Shown one piece after another: positions 36,816-46,405 of a DNA stretch of 64,000 nucleotides. The position numbers and the translations under genes were made by a program. The DNA lies in IMG/VR virus record IMGVR_UViG_3300008952_000015, positions 1 to 64,000 of that record. One strand, written 5' to 3'. Position 1 is the first letter of the stretch; every line of letters begins with the position of its first letter. Below the pieces are notes generated by a model. That model was given only the letters and a program-made list of their open reading frames with translations. It was not told where the DNA came from and did not search any database. The DNA comes from a virus.

Positions 36816-38105
36816 TTACCTTATTCCAAAGGTTAGCTCAAATTCCTCTTCTATAGAAGAAACAAGCGTAGAGATATACTCTTTGGCCCTCCCCAGGTGA
36901 GTCGCCTCAGACCTAGTCGCTGCAACCATAGCCCTAGAGAACGAGGGATCTACCCCTACAGAGTTATCTCCTGAATTGTTTATTGCAGAAATAATCTCTT
37001 TGTCACTTATGTCTATATGACCGGCCATAGGGCCTTCGATGCCAAGCATCGTAGATAGTTCTCTTTGCAAATATGGATTATCAATATGTTCTGGCCACTC
37101 CCAAACGGGCTTGGCAGCTATTGCTTTATAATAAACCCCATTATCATTGTAATTAAAAAAATCTTTCTCAAAAACAGGGGTAAGCCTAATTCCCTCGGAG
37201 GACCATAAATCAACGTATAAAAGTTCTATCGACTCATTGCCTACTCTCTTAATGGGGGTCGTTAGGCCGTACCCTCTTTTTACAAAGCGTTTCTTTATGT
37301 ATGTTCCATTTTCATTAAAAAACCTTTTATCTTGAGCCAAAAGCCTTCTTACGCTATAAGCGCCAGGATATCTGCAGAAAATATTGGACAAAGGATAAGT
37401 CGCTGAAATGAAATTATTATGCCCAAGAGTCCCATTGATAAGAAGGGGAACCTGCTCAATTCCGTCGTTATAATACTTAAACAATAAATATGGCATATCA
37501 GAGAAGAAGTCTGAGAGGGTGCTCTTGACACTGTCAAACTCTGCTGGTGTCAGACCCGCATCTATCTTTGCAACCAACCCCTTGGCTTTATCGTGAATAA
37601 ACCTAGCCACACAATATACCAGCACCTGGATTCGTGCCCGAGCCTTTGCTAGGGCCACCCCCTCTACCTCTAACATGTAGTCCATCCCATGAGACTCAAG
37701 GTCTTTATCGCTTACTCCTGACAGACCTCTTATATAGGCGTCCTGAATTAAATTGATCTCCTTTATATCTACATCTAAAAGATCTTTATATCTTTTCACA
37801 AAGAATTGCAGCCGACCCCTTAGCTGCTCTATTTGAACATCTGTAATGATTCTAGTTTTTTCTTCTGCTTTATTTTCATATTGCTCATAAAATAGATGTC
37901 TATTTCCTCGAAATAAACTCATAGCGGTACGCATTTCATCTATTGATTCCGCACCAATTTTTTCAAAGGGATACTCAACAAAATCTTTCTCTATGGCGAG
38001 AAGCCTTATTTTGTATTGCTTTTTAGAGCCTTTGTTGAGCAAAGATATCTTATATCTTGCAATATCTTTTTCTTCAGCAATATGTTTTAAAACAGCATCA
38101 TTCAT
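36816..38105 (-). CDS. Hypothetical protein
   Basis: 429-aa ORF coupled to the sigma factor stop; no motif recognised. Confidence 0.7.
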   Translation of the reverse strand: MNDAVLKHIAEEKDIARYKISLLNKGSKKQYKIRLLAIEKDFVEYPFEKIGAESIDEMRTAMSLFRGNRHLFYEQYENKAEEKTRIITDVQIEQLRGRLQFFVKRYKDLLDVDIKEINLIQDAYIRGLSGVSDKDLESHGMDYMLEVEGVALAKARARIQVLVYCVARFIHDKAKGLVAKIDAGLTPAEFDSVKSTLSDFFSDMPYLLFKYYNDGIEQVPLLINGTLGHNNFISATYPLSNIFCRYPGAYSVRRLLAQDKRFFNENGTYIKKRFVKRGYGLTTPIKRVGNESIELLYVDLWSSEGIRLTPVFEKDFFNYNDNGVYYKAIAAKPVWEWPEHIDNPYLQRELSTMLGIEGPMAGHIDISDKEIISAINNSGDNSVGVDPSFSRAMVAATRSEATHLGRAKEYISTLVSSIEEEFELTFGIR

Positions 38106-38823
38106 CTCTTACTATCAAATCTCCAAGCATATCTGTTATGAGCTTGTACTTAGAAAGCTTCTTCAACCTCATACTTGCGGCCCACCCAGTTAGGCCAACT
38201 TCGCTAGCGGCATCTTTTATGGAGAACCCATCCAAACATACCTTTCTTAAAATAATGTAAGTCTTCTCGTCCACTAGAGAAGCCACTTTTTCTATGGCCA
38301 GCTCTAGATCTATTCTCTCATATACAGTTCCATCTTCAGAATACAAGGAATCAGAATTAGACAAAGTATTTTGAAATTCACAATACTCCTCCCCACTATT
38401 AGGGTCTACCTTTGCCATAGCGCTAAAGCTCAACTCCTCTCTTGATTTTCTATACTTAGGCTTCTCTTCTTCTCCAGGCGCAGAAAGCTCTCTCAAAGAG
38501 CATGCATCATTAGATAGCTTATTTACGCTTTTAATTTTAGATATCAACTTATTTCTAAGATGTGTATGTAAAAAGGTGCTTAATTTAACTTTTTTGTCAG
38601 GATCATAAGCGTTTATGCCCTCTACTATTATAATAGAAAGCTCTTGCTTTATATCCTCATAAGTATATCCAGGGAGATATGTCCTCGATGACCACTTGCA
38701 CAGCAGCGGGTCTATTCGCTCAAGAACCCTTGAGTACCCCTGTTTTGTCTTCATGTCAATATAGACCTTCTCTTCATACATCTCTACATATCCGCTGTAA
38801 GCATTCTTCATATGATCTCCCAT
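38098..38823 (-). CDS. Phage sigma70-family factor
   Basis: Region 2 YEDIKQELSIIIVEGINAYDPDKKVKLSTFLHTHLRN; region 4 GFSIKDAASEVGLT; start probably 38823 or 38811. Confidence 0.8.
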   Translation of the reverse strand: MGDHMKNAYSGYVEMYEEKVYIDMKTKQGYSRVLERIDPLLCKWSSRTYLPGYTYEDIKQELSIIIVEGINAYDPDKKVKLSTFLHTHLRNKLISKIKSVNKLSNDACSLRELSAPGEEEKPKYRKSREELSFSAMAKVDPNSGEEYCEFQNTLSNSDSLYSEDGTVYERIDLELAIEKVASLVDEKTYIILRKVCLDGFSIKDAASEVGLTGWAASMRLKKLSKYKLITDMLGDLIVRDE

Positions 38824-38824
38824 C

Positions 38825-39589
38825 TCATTCCGCCCAGGCTTCTTGGCAGATTGCTTTATAGTCACACCAGTTACATAAAAATGTTGGCTTCTTAATCCAC
38901 GTATTGTCAGTTTCTATGTGTGATGCATTTTTCAACAAAAGCTTGTTACACCTATCTAAGTCAGAAGCTCTAAAGGTAAAGTCTTTAGTTTTACACTTAT
39001 GCTTAAGAAGCAGAAAGGATCCATGTACAACCTTCACATCTCCATACTTGCGGTTTAAAGCCTCAGCATATACCAGGAGCTGAAACTCAGACAAATATTT
39101 TTCATTCTTACTTGTCTTATAATCAACTACCCTATACTCTCCTGGGCCTACTTTGTCAACTCTATCTATATAGCCTCGAACAATAGAATCTCCATCTATC
39201 TTAAATGAGAAAGGCATTTCAACCCCTATAACATTTGGCATTCCGTTTTCTTTGATATTGTCCAAATAATCTTGGATTATCTCCCTCATGTAAATTATGC
39301 CAGGCTGATCCCCATCTGGAGTCCAAGTAGGTTCCTCTAAGATGTTTATGTCAAACTCTTTTACGCCAGCCTGAAAACACTTCTTCATAAGAAGGGGGTA
39401 TTCTTCCTTCTTTACGGGCCTCTTTAGAATCTCTAGGTGAAAAAGCTCTAGAATCCTATGAGCACAAGAGCCGAACTCTGTAAAGTTCCACTTAGACTCC
39501 TCTACCTCCGGCTTTTCTATATACCTGTAATGATATTTCTTCGGACACTTTGTATATGTATCCATTGATGACACTGATAATTTTAACAA
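38825..39589 (-). CDS. PD-(D/E)XK RecB/AddB/Cas4-like exonuclease with a 4-Cys Fe-S staple
   Basis: CPKKYHYRY, GSCAH, GYIDRVD, VVDYKT, QLLVYA, CNWCDYKAIC. Confidence 0.88.
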   Translation of the reverse strand: MLKLSVSSMDTYTKCPKKYHYRYIEKPEVEESKWNFTEFGSCAHRILELFHLEILKRPVKKEEYPLLMKKCFQAGVKEFDINILEEPTWTPDGDQPGIIYMREIIQDYLDNIKENGMPNVIGVEMPFSFKIDGDSIVRGYIDRVDKVGPGEYRVVDYKTSKNEKYLSEFQLLVYAEALNRKYGDVKVVHGSFLLLKHKCKTKDFTFRASDLDRCNKLLLKNASHIETDNTWIKKPTFLCNWCDYKAICQEAWAE

Positions 39590-39602
39590 AACTTTTCTCC
39601 AT

Positions 39603-40478
39603 TTAAAACAACTGACTTAATGCCCGATCCTGGATCCACCTATAAACAAAGCGCCCCGTTGATCCAGATCCAATTCTCAAGGTTTTCCGATCTATAGTCT
39701 GCTCCGATCTCAACCACCTAGACTCAAGGCTCTCCCAATAATATGATACATATTTCTTTGTCTTTGGGTTGTAAAAGCTTCTTACGAAATTTCCTGTTAT
39801 TATTGGCTCTTTCTCGCCCAGCCTCTCTTTATAAAAATTTGTAGTTGTTCCAAATGTATTATAGGGACGATTAACAATCTTGACAACTTGATTGTCTCTA
39901 GCTTCTTCTGTCGACCCATCTATAATAATAAACTTTGCAGACGGGTCGAAATTTGGGTTATTATTCGGAGAAGATATGGGGTCGGGCTTCATCGCCTGAT
40001 TTTTTAATGGAAAATTTATAAACTCCTTAGAGGTCTTGCCTCCTGCAATAGCTTCTCCGCCAGCATTGGTCTTAGAGCTTTTGATTTCAAGACCCCCTAT
40101 ATCCACAGAGGTCTTTTGAGCCTCCTCTCCATCAGATGTATACCCTAGACTATCGATAGACTCATCTCCGTATCTCATAACAACGATGCCTTCTTCTCCT
40201 AGAATTCTAGGTCCCCCAAGATCTGTAGAGCTATTCTCATATTGAGCAGTTACTATATCAGAAGAATCACTTCCAGAGATAGCTATAGCTTTCACCTTCA
40301 GCGTTCCAGCTAATGTGGGCAGGAATACCTTGCCTATGGCAATAAGAGAAAGCTCTGTAGGCTCTGAGTCATCTAAGGTGTAGTAAACAGTCGAGGGCAC
40401 GTCTGTTTCAAATGATATAGTCTCAGGAAACCCATCTAAAAGCTCTCCCTCTCCCTCTATTATAGTTAAACTAATCAT
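39603..40478 (-). CDS. Protein with an N-terminal Fn3-associated/chitobiase-C-like Ig domain, probably structural
   Basis: ISFETDVPSTVYYTLDDSEPTELS...VKAIA; TATTAATT at 40504-40511 upstream. Confidence 0.6.
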   Translation of the reverse strand: MISLTIIEGEGELLDGFPETISFETDVPSTVYYTLDDSEPTELSLIAIGKVFLPTLAGTLKVKAIAISGSDSSDIVTAQYENSSTDLGGPRILGEEGIVVMRYGDESIDSLGYTSDGEEAQKTSVDIGGLEIKSSKTNAGGEAIAGGKTSKEFINFPLKNQAMKPDPISSPNNNPNFDPSAKFIIIDGSTEEARDNQVVKIVNRPYNTFGTTTNFYKERLGEKEPIITGNFVRSFYNPKTKKYVSYYWESLESRWLRSEQTIDRKTLRIGSGSTGRFVYRWIQDRALSQLF

Positions 40479-40513
40479 CAGATCTCCTTACCTATATATT
40501 AAAAATTAATATA

Positions 40514-42619
40514 CTATCTCTTTAAAAACTCAAGCTCGCTCTCACCATTTATTTTCGTAACGTCTATAACGTTATCAAATTTCTCCTTTAGTGACTCATC
40601 ATGCGTAATTACCAAAATTTTGTATCTATCTTCTAATGATTTTATAACATTAACAAATAGGGTCTCTACCCCATACCTATCCAAAGGAGAGTTTACTTCA
40701 TCTAAAAGCAAAAACTCTAGAGAGGACCCGCCGTAACGACTCGAAATATCAGAAAGAGCAACTCTTAGTGCCAATGAAATTCTGAACTTCTCCCCGCCAC
40801 TTAATGACTTGAAGTTCTGTAAATGCCCATCCTTTCTAACTTTTAGGTCCAAAGTCTCAATGATAGAGACGCCATCTGCACCCATCCTTTGGGTATCCAG
40901 CACTATAACTGACGGCTCGTTGGATATAGATGACAAAATTCCATTTGAAGTCTCCTCTAGATCCTCTATAACAAAGTCTAATAATATAGTTTGAATGCCG
41001 CCCTTTCCAAACATTTTTCCAAGCTTTTCGAAGAGTGAGGCTCTCTTTAGCTTCTTCATAATCTTCTTCTTATCCTTCTGCATCTTGGCTTCACGTTGAG
41101 CTAAGACAGAATGCCTCTCAGCTAATCTTCCCGCTTCTTTGTCCTGCTCGGACATAAGAGCTTTTGCTTCATCCCTATCATTTTTAAGACTCTTTAATTT
41201 CGCCCTTAGGCTCTGAAAATCATCATTCTTAATAGACTCCAATATATCCATGTTATTTTTTATCTTAAACAAAACCTGTGATAACTTATTCTCGGATATT
41301 TTTGCGGCATCAAGCTCGCGCTTCAGAGAGTCCTCAATAAGATTTAGCTTGTATTGCGCAGAGTCTGTCTTTGACACAATTTTTGCAATCTCTTTGTTAT
41401 CTCTTTCAATAGAGATCGAAGCTTCCAGCTGCTCTTCTATAGTTAGAATTTTATCATTAGCTTCTGAAAACTGCTCAGAATAGCGCTTCTTCCTATCATT
41501 GTGATCGCACTTTAGCTTAGAGTGTATTTCGTCACTAATAGACTGCTCACATGTGTAGCACTCTCCGACCAAGATCTCTCTGTCATCTAAGGTCCTAAGT
41601 ACCTCTTGGGAAGAAGCCTTCCTCGCCTTATAGTGAATAAGCTGAGCTCTTAAGCCCTCTAGCCTACCCTCTTCCAAAGGGTTTATAGATCTTCCTGATA
41701 GCTCCTCGTCAAGGTTAGTCAAGGTCTTTTTCAGGGAAAGTTTATCCTTATCGTATGACTCTATTGTCTGCTTAAGCGTAAGACTCTTTTTTTCTAAAGA
41801 CTCTTTTTCTGAGTTCAATTTCCTTAGATCCTCTATAACTCTATCATAGGTATCTGTATCCAGAGACTTTTTCATAACAATATATTTGCTATCTAATGAT
41901 GCAATTTCATCCACAACGGACTGGTGCCGACTCTTTAAAGACGCAGCATTCTTTTCTGCCTCACCTATCTGCAAAGCTGTCTCTGCCAGCCTTTCCACCA
42001 CATCATCATAATCAGACACTGCCCCTCTTAATACTTTGCACTCTGAGTTAATATCTCGAACCCTTTTTCTTGCCCCCTTTTCGTAGTCATCCCATCTAGA
42101 TATATCTACAATAGACTTCAATATCTCCTTCTTCTTAGAAGGGTCAGACTCTGCAAATTCTGATATATCATTTTGTCTAAAGTAAACAGAGTTTATAAAA
42201 GTTTTATATTCTAACTTTATAAGCTCTTCTATTTTCAAGTTTGTATCACCAGATGTTGAACATGAAATATTTTGCCACTCCCCGTCCTTTCCTAGGATAT
42301 AAAACTCAACCGAAGAGGTGGAGCTCATTCTGTTTCTAACTCTCGTCACTAAATATTTTACATCGTTGTGAGAGAACTCAAGCTCCACCGAGCAAATTTT
42401 TTCTCCCCACCTAATGATATCATCCATCATTGCAGCTCTAGATTTATTAAACAGACACCACAGCACTGCTTCAAACACAGCGCTCTTTCCAGAGCCATTA
42501 GATTTACTGTAGTTCCCCTCTGTGTTTCCTATGAGCAAAGCTGAGTTAAACATAGAGAAATCAATTTCACTATCTTTGTGAGAAAAAAAGTTTTTCATCT
42601 TAAGTCTTGAGGGTATCAT
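40514..42619 (-). CDS. sbcC: SbcC/Rad50-like SMC ATPase (gp46-like)
   Basis: KNFFSH, NGSGKS, Q-loop FRQ, coiled coil with CYTC hook, LSGGE, LLLDE, ITHD. Confidence 0.93.
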   Translation of the reverse strand: MIPSRLKMKNFFSHKDSEIDFSMFNSALLIGNTEGNYSKSNGSGKSAVFEAVLWCLFNKSRAAMMDDIIRWGEKICSVELEFSHNDVKYLVTRVRNRMSSTSSVEFYILGKDGEWQNISCSTSGDTNLKIEELIKLEYKTFINSVYFRQNDISEFAESDPSKKKEILKSIVDISRWDDYEKGARKRVRDINSECKVLRGAVSDYDDVVERLAETALQIGEAEKNAASLKSRHQSVVDEIASLDSKYIVMKKSLDTDTYDRVIEDLRKLNSEKESLEKKSLTLKQTIESYDKDKLSLKKTLTNLDEELSGRSINPLEEGRLEGLRAQLIHYKARKASSQEVLRTLDDREILVGECYTCEQSISDEIHSKLKCDHNDRKKRYSEQFSEANDKILTIEEQLEASISIERDNKEIAKIVSKTDSAQYKLNLIEDSLKRELDAAKISENKLSQVLFKIKNNMDILESIKNDDFQSLRAKLKSLKNDRDEAKALMSEQDKEAGRLAERHSVLAQREAKMQKDKKKIMKKLKRASLFEKLGKMFGKGGIQTILLDFVIEDLEETSNGILSSISNEPSVIVLDTQRMGADGVSIIETLDLKVRKDGHLQNFKSLSGGEKFRISLALRVALSDISSRYGGSSLEFLLLDEVNSPLDRYGVETLFVNVIKSLEDRYKILVITHDESLKEKFDNVIDVTKINGESELEFLKR

Positions 42620-43785
42620 GCTTCTCCCATTATAATCTTAGCTTCCTTTAAAAGCTCTTCTCGATACTTCCCTTCTATCTCCTGAGACTCAAGAAACGCT
42701 TTAAGCATGGAGAAGTCATCTTTATGATCTAAAATAGTATTATCTCTAACTATCCTTTTGGACGTAGCCTCTATGATAATTTTAGACACATGAAATGCGC
42801 CTAACCTATAAAGCTCGGTTTGAATATATTGTTTATCTAAGGCTGGCAGGACCTTTTCGTCAACTGTTAGTTTCAGCCTTATTATCTTGCCCTCCATATC
42901 CTCTTCGTCAAGAGCCTTCTTTAAGCGATCCGCTACATTAGAAAAGTCAGAGCCAGACAGGTCTAGGGACTTATCCATAAGGCCTCGCACCTTTGATTTG
43001 CAGAACTTTATCTTCTTGTCGAAGATGCTGTAATCTATGAAGTACTTATCTACATTTGCATCACCAAAATTACTTCTCTCCATAGAACCGGAGTATATGC
43101 AAACAGGGGCTCTCTTCTGCAAGACGCGAAACTGATGAAGATGGCCCATTATCGCTATATCACACCCGTTAAACGATCCGGGGGCCGCCATGACCTCTGA
43201 GCCTCCATAGTCATTATAACTCCCTTCGAAAAAGAAATTATGTCCGACCGCCACAATCGGATTGTTATTATCTACTTTTGCGATAAGCTCTTCTATGTGG
43301 CTGTTGTAACCCGCCGTTCTTTCCCTTATATTTGATCCGGCATACATCCTTCTGTCTCTGTACGGGAAAAGCAACAGATTAACTTTTTCGTTCTTAGCAT
43401 TACAAACCTCTACTACTTCCGGCTCCAGAAGCATCCTTACGTTAGGATATTCAGATGCCGCCAATGAAGTGATGGAACTTGTAAACTCCTCCCCGCTCCG
43501 CTTATAATCGTGATTGCCCATGATTACAAACGTAGCTATATTTGCATTGGAAAGCCTTCTTAGTGCCTTATCCACTATCTTCATATGCTGAGGAGATGGC
43601 TCTCGATGCTCAAATAGATCTCCTGTTTGTACAAATATATCAGCTTTACTTTCAATCGTATAATCTATAATTGAATTTAAAGTAGATTCGTAATCATCAA
43701 TACGAGTATTCCCTCCATGACCGTTAGGTCTTCCAAGGCCAAATACCGCACCTATATGTGTGTCTCCACATATGACTGCTCTCAT
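42616..43785 (-). CDS. sbcD: SbcD/Mre11-like nuclease (gp47-like)
   Basis: GDTHIG, TGDLF, GNHD, GHLH, YSGS...FGD. Confidence 0.93.
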   Translation of the reverse strand: MRAVICGDTHIGAVFGLGRPNGHGGNTRIDDYESTLNSIIDYTIESKADIFVQTGDLFEHREPSPQHMKIVDKALRRLSNANIATFVIMGNHDYKRSGEEFTSSITSLAASEYPNVRMLLEPEVVEVCNAKNEKVNLLLFPYRDRRMYAGSNIRERTAGYNSHIEELIAKVDNNNPIVAVGHNFFFEGSYNDYGGSEVMAAPGSFNGCDIAIMGHLHQFRVLQKRAPVCIYSGSMERSNFGDANVDKYFIDYSIFDKKIKFCKSKVRGLMDKSLDLSGSDFSNVADRLKKALDEEDMEGKIIRLKLTVDEKVLPALDKQYIQTELYRLGAFHVSKIIIEATSKRIVRDNTILDHKDDFSMLKAFLESQEIEGKYREELLKEAKIIMGEA

Positions 43786-44315
43786 GAAAACCTCCTTTTT
43801 AACATTCCAAAGATCTTAGCCGATAATGCTTTCGATCTTTTTATATCATATCTATCAATTTTGATTATATACTCATCTGTCTTCTGCATAACTGCTTCTA
43901 TCCACCTTATGTCATCTGGATTTGCCTTCTGAGCATCTCTAAACATCTCGGATATATGCAGAAGTATAGTAAAGTTATTTTTTCTTCTTACCGTAGAAAC
44001 ATTTGATATCTTTTCTGGATCCACAAACTCAGACATCTCTGATAATGCTGTAGAAAAATCGCAACCAGTGCGTAAAATATAAAAGTCTATTACATTATTT
44101 GACGCACCACATCCAAAGCAGTAAAAATTATTATCTTCTCCGGCTATATAGAGCGATCCGGTTCGTTCCAAACCACTCTTATGTTCAGAAGAAGGACACT
44201 TGCACCTATGGGTAAAGTTTCCGCTGCACACCCGTTCCAAAGATATCGAAAACTTCTTCGCTAAATCCAGAATGGATACAGAATTTAAAATTTCTTCTTT
44301 AGAATATCTCTTCAT
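43782..44315 (-). CDS. Stand-alone CHC2 zinc-finger (DnaG Zn-binding domain) protein
   Basis: VSILDL...CPSSEH..ERTGSL...FYCFGCGASNNVIDF....CDFSTAL. Confidence 0.85.
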   Translation of the reverse strand: MKRYSKEEILNSVSILDLAKKFSISLERVCSGNFTHRCKCPSSEHKSGLERTGSLYIAGEDNNFYCFGCGASNNVIDFYILRTGCDFSTALSEMSEFVDPEKISNVSTVRRKNNFTILLHISEMFRDAQKANPDDIRWIEAVMQKTDEYIIKIDRYDIKRSKALSAKIFGMLKRRFS

Positions 44316-44387
44316 CTTCCCCTACTTCAGTGCTGCTCTTTGGCTGTTCTAAACTTTAATCACCGCCCCGTTACTGGCAATATTTAA

Positions 44388-45482
44388 TTAAAAAGAAAGC
44401 TTCTGCCAAAATGTTCGCCTAGGCTTCTCAAGAGGGTTGATTAACTCCAGTTCCGCCGAAACGTCACTTATATAGGGAGCCCTAAAGAGCGCTGGCTTCG
44501 ATATACTTCCATCAACATATAACCCTGTTCCTACGTCTGATATTTTTTCCGCGCCGTTTGAATCAAGAATAACCCTGCTATCTATAGCTGATGCAACCTT
44601 TAGAGCTATTCTTCCAGGGAAGTTTGCTTTAATTAAACCAGATATTACTCGGCAGGAAGGTCTTTGCGTTGCTAGAATTATAGAAATGCCAGCAGCCCTG
44701 CCTTTCTGGGCCACCAAGCACAATGGTTTCTGAATATCTTTGTCTTGTAAAACTAAGTCTGCCCACTCATCTACCACTATTACTACCGGCCTCATTCGCT
44801 TTTCCGGAGAAACTCTCTCATTATATTCTGACGCACTTCTAACCTTGGCTTTGGAAAGATATGTAAATCGAGTTTCCATCAGACCTCTTACATCCTCTAT
44901 CAGAAGATGAGCATCTTCCACGGTATGAACTAAAGACTTTACTGAATCTAAATCAGAATACATACTGAACTCTACTGTCTTAGGGTCAATCAGATACAAG
45001 CAAGCGTCACACTTCAGCAAAGAAAGTATAAAGCTGTGTAATAACACGCTTTTGCCAGAGCCAGTTGTTCCTCCTACCAATAAATTTGGTATTCGATTTA
45101 GATCTACAAATAAAGGTTCGCCATGATGATCGGACCCTAATGCGATGGGAGAGTAAGAAGAGGCATCAAATGACCGCGCAACACTCTGAAAGGTAGGCGA
45201 CTCTAGCTCTGCCTTTTGCACTTCGATCCTATAAACCCCGTCCCTTAAGACGGGATAGCCGACAGGGTGTGCGTGACTCTCTATTGCCATACCAAGGTCA
45301 ACAAGCATTCTATCTAGTTTTGACGACCTCACCCCTGGCGATAACTTTATGTCATATACATCAAAAAACTTTTTATTTTCAAGCTTAACGTATTCAGCTT
45401 TTACTCCGAATGAATTCAGGAGGGAAAAGAATCTTTCCTCTTTATTCGGAGTAAATATATCAATCGTTTGTGGTCCTATCAT
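44388..45482 (-). CDS. ftsK: FtsK/SpoIIIE-family ATPase (motor domain only)
   Basis: PNLLVGGTTGSGKS, LIDPK, VIVVDEWAD, GRAAGI.IILATQRP, IKANFPGRI, DSRVILD..GAEK. Confidence 0.9.
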   Translation of the reverse strand: MIGPQTIDIFTPNKEERFFSLLNSFGVKAEYVKLENKKFFDVYDIKLSPGVRSSKLDRMLVDLGMAIESHAHPVGYPVLRDGVYRIEVQKAELESPTFQSVARSFDASSYSPIALGSDHHGEPLFVDLNRIPNLLVGGTTGSGKSVLLHSFILSLLKCDACLYLIDPKTVEFSMYSDLDSVKSLVHTVEDAHLLIEDVRGLMETRFTYLSKAKVRSASEYNERVSPEKRMRPVVIVVDEWADLVLQDKDIQKPLCLVAQKGRAAGISIILATQRPSCRVISGLIKANFPGRIALKVASAIDSRVILDSNGAEKISDVGTGLYVDGSISKPALFRAPYISDVSAELELINPLEKPRRTFWQKLSF

Positions 45483-45666
45483 TTATGCTCCTTAGGTCTT
45501 CAAGGGACTCCTGCAGCCCCTTCCTGTATCCTACAAGAGCAGTATATACACCGTTCGCCTCTGGTGCAACAGAAAATTTTCTGCAATCATCCTCAATGGC
45601 CCTGATTCTTTTAGATGCGCTAGAAATCTTGCTTAAAAGCATCTGAGTGACATCTTCTTTAAGCAT
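45460..45666 (-). CDS. Hypothetical protein
   Basis: Coupled ORF in the operon. Confidence 0.55.
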   Translation of the reverse strand: MLKEDVTQMLLSKISSASKRIRAIEDDCRKFSVAPEANGVYTALVGYRKGLQESLEDLRSINDRTTND

Positions 45667-46019
45667 TATCTCTTGCCTTGATTCTTCTTAAGTCTGCCTA
45701 TCTCTCTCTTAAGCTCACGAATCTCAACCTCCATCTTAATAGCCTCATCCTTAAGTTTTAATGTAGATCTCAAAGATAGAACTATCAGACCAAAAATACC
45801 CTCTCCTGGGTTTACCTCATCCAGCTGATCTGCTGCTACTAGCAATCTGTTTAAAATCGAAACCACATTATTGTGGTAAGCCGGAGACTGATTATCCGGA
45901 TGAATTTTATCTGAAAGAAGCTTCTTAAAATCGTTAAAAGCATTCTCAACAGATCCTTGGGCTTCTGTCTTCTTAGAATCCATATAACGATTATTCTTAG
46001 GAACCTTTACATCCGTCAT
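45666..46019 (-). CDS. Hypothetical protein
   Basis: GGAGG RBS; C-terminal coiled coil. Confidence 0.65.
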   Translation of the reverse strand: MTDVKVPKNNRYMDSKKTEAQGSVENAFNDFKKLLSDKIHPDNQSPAYHNNVVSILNRLLVAADQLDEVNPGEGIFGLIVLSLRSTLKLKDEAIKMEVEIRELKREIGRLKKNQGKR

Positions 46020-46341
46020 AATAATCCTCCTTTAACATTATTATTATATATAAGCCACATCTTTTATGCATTTTTAAAAAACTCTGTATTTTATGAAGCA
46101 TATCATCATCTATGATACCAAATTGTCTGTATAAAAAATTAACTATATTTATGCATTTATTGTAATCGTAACAAGCAGAGTCAAATAACCCGCAGGCTTG
46201 GTCTAAAAAATTCTCAAGCTTTTCCCTGGATTCTGCTGGAGCCTTAGACAGGTCGACAATCGGATTTATGATTGAGCTGCAATATGCAAATCTTGCTGGA
46301 TCGGTTAGTCCATTGCACCCTAAGAGAATAAAGGCATCCAT
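45997..46341 (-). CDS. Hypothetical protein
   Basis: GGAG RBS and ATG; no motif recognised. Confidence 0.6.
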   Translation of the reverse strand: MDAFILLGCNGLTDPARFAYCSSIINPIVDLSKAPAESREKLENFLDQACGLFDSACYDYNKCINIVNFLYRQFGIIDDDMLHKIQSFLKMHKRCGLYIIIMLKEDYYDGCKGS

Positions 46342-46405
46342 TAGCTCTCCTTTTAATCAGTAGTTTGAGATATGACAACAGTTTCTTTAAAAAAGCTTAA
46401 GGGAG

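Noticed and set aside
38825-39589. Cas4-like nuclease as evidence of a CRISPR-Cas system
   Set aside because: No cas1/cas2, effector or repeat-spacer array was seen; solo Cas4/RecB-like nucleases are common in phages.
46355-46362. TACTGATT as another late promoter copy
   Set aside because: Mismatch in the core and only ~14 nt from the start codon; too weak to call.
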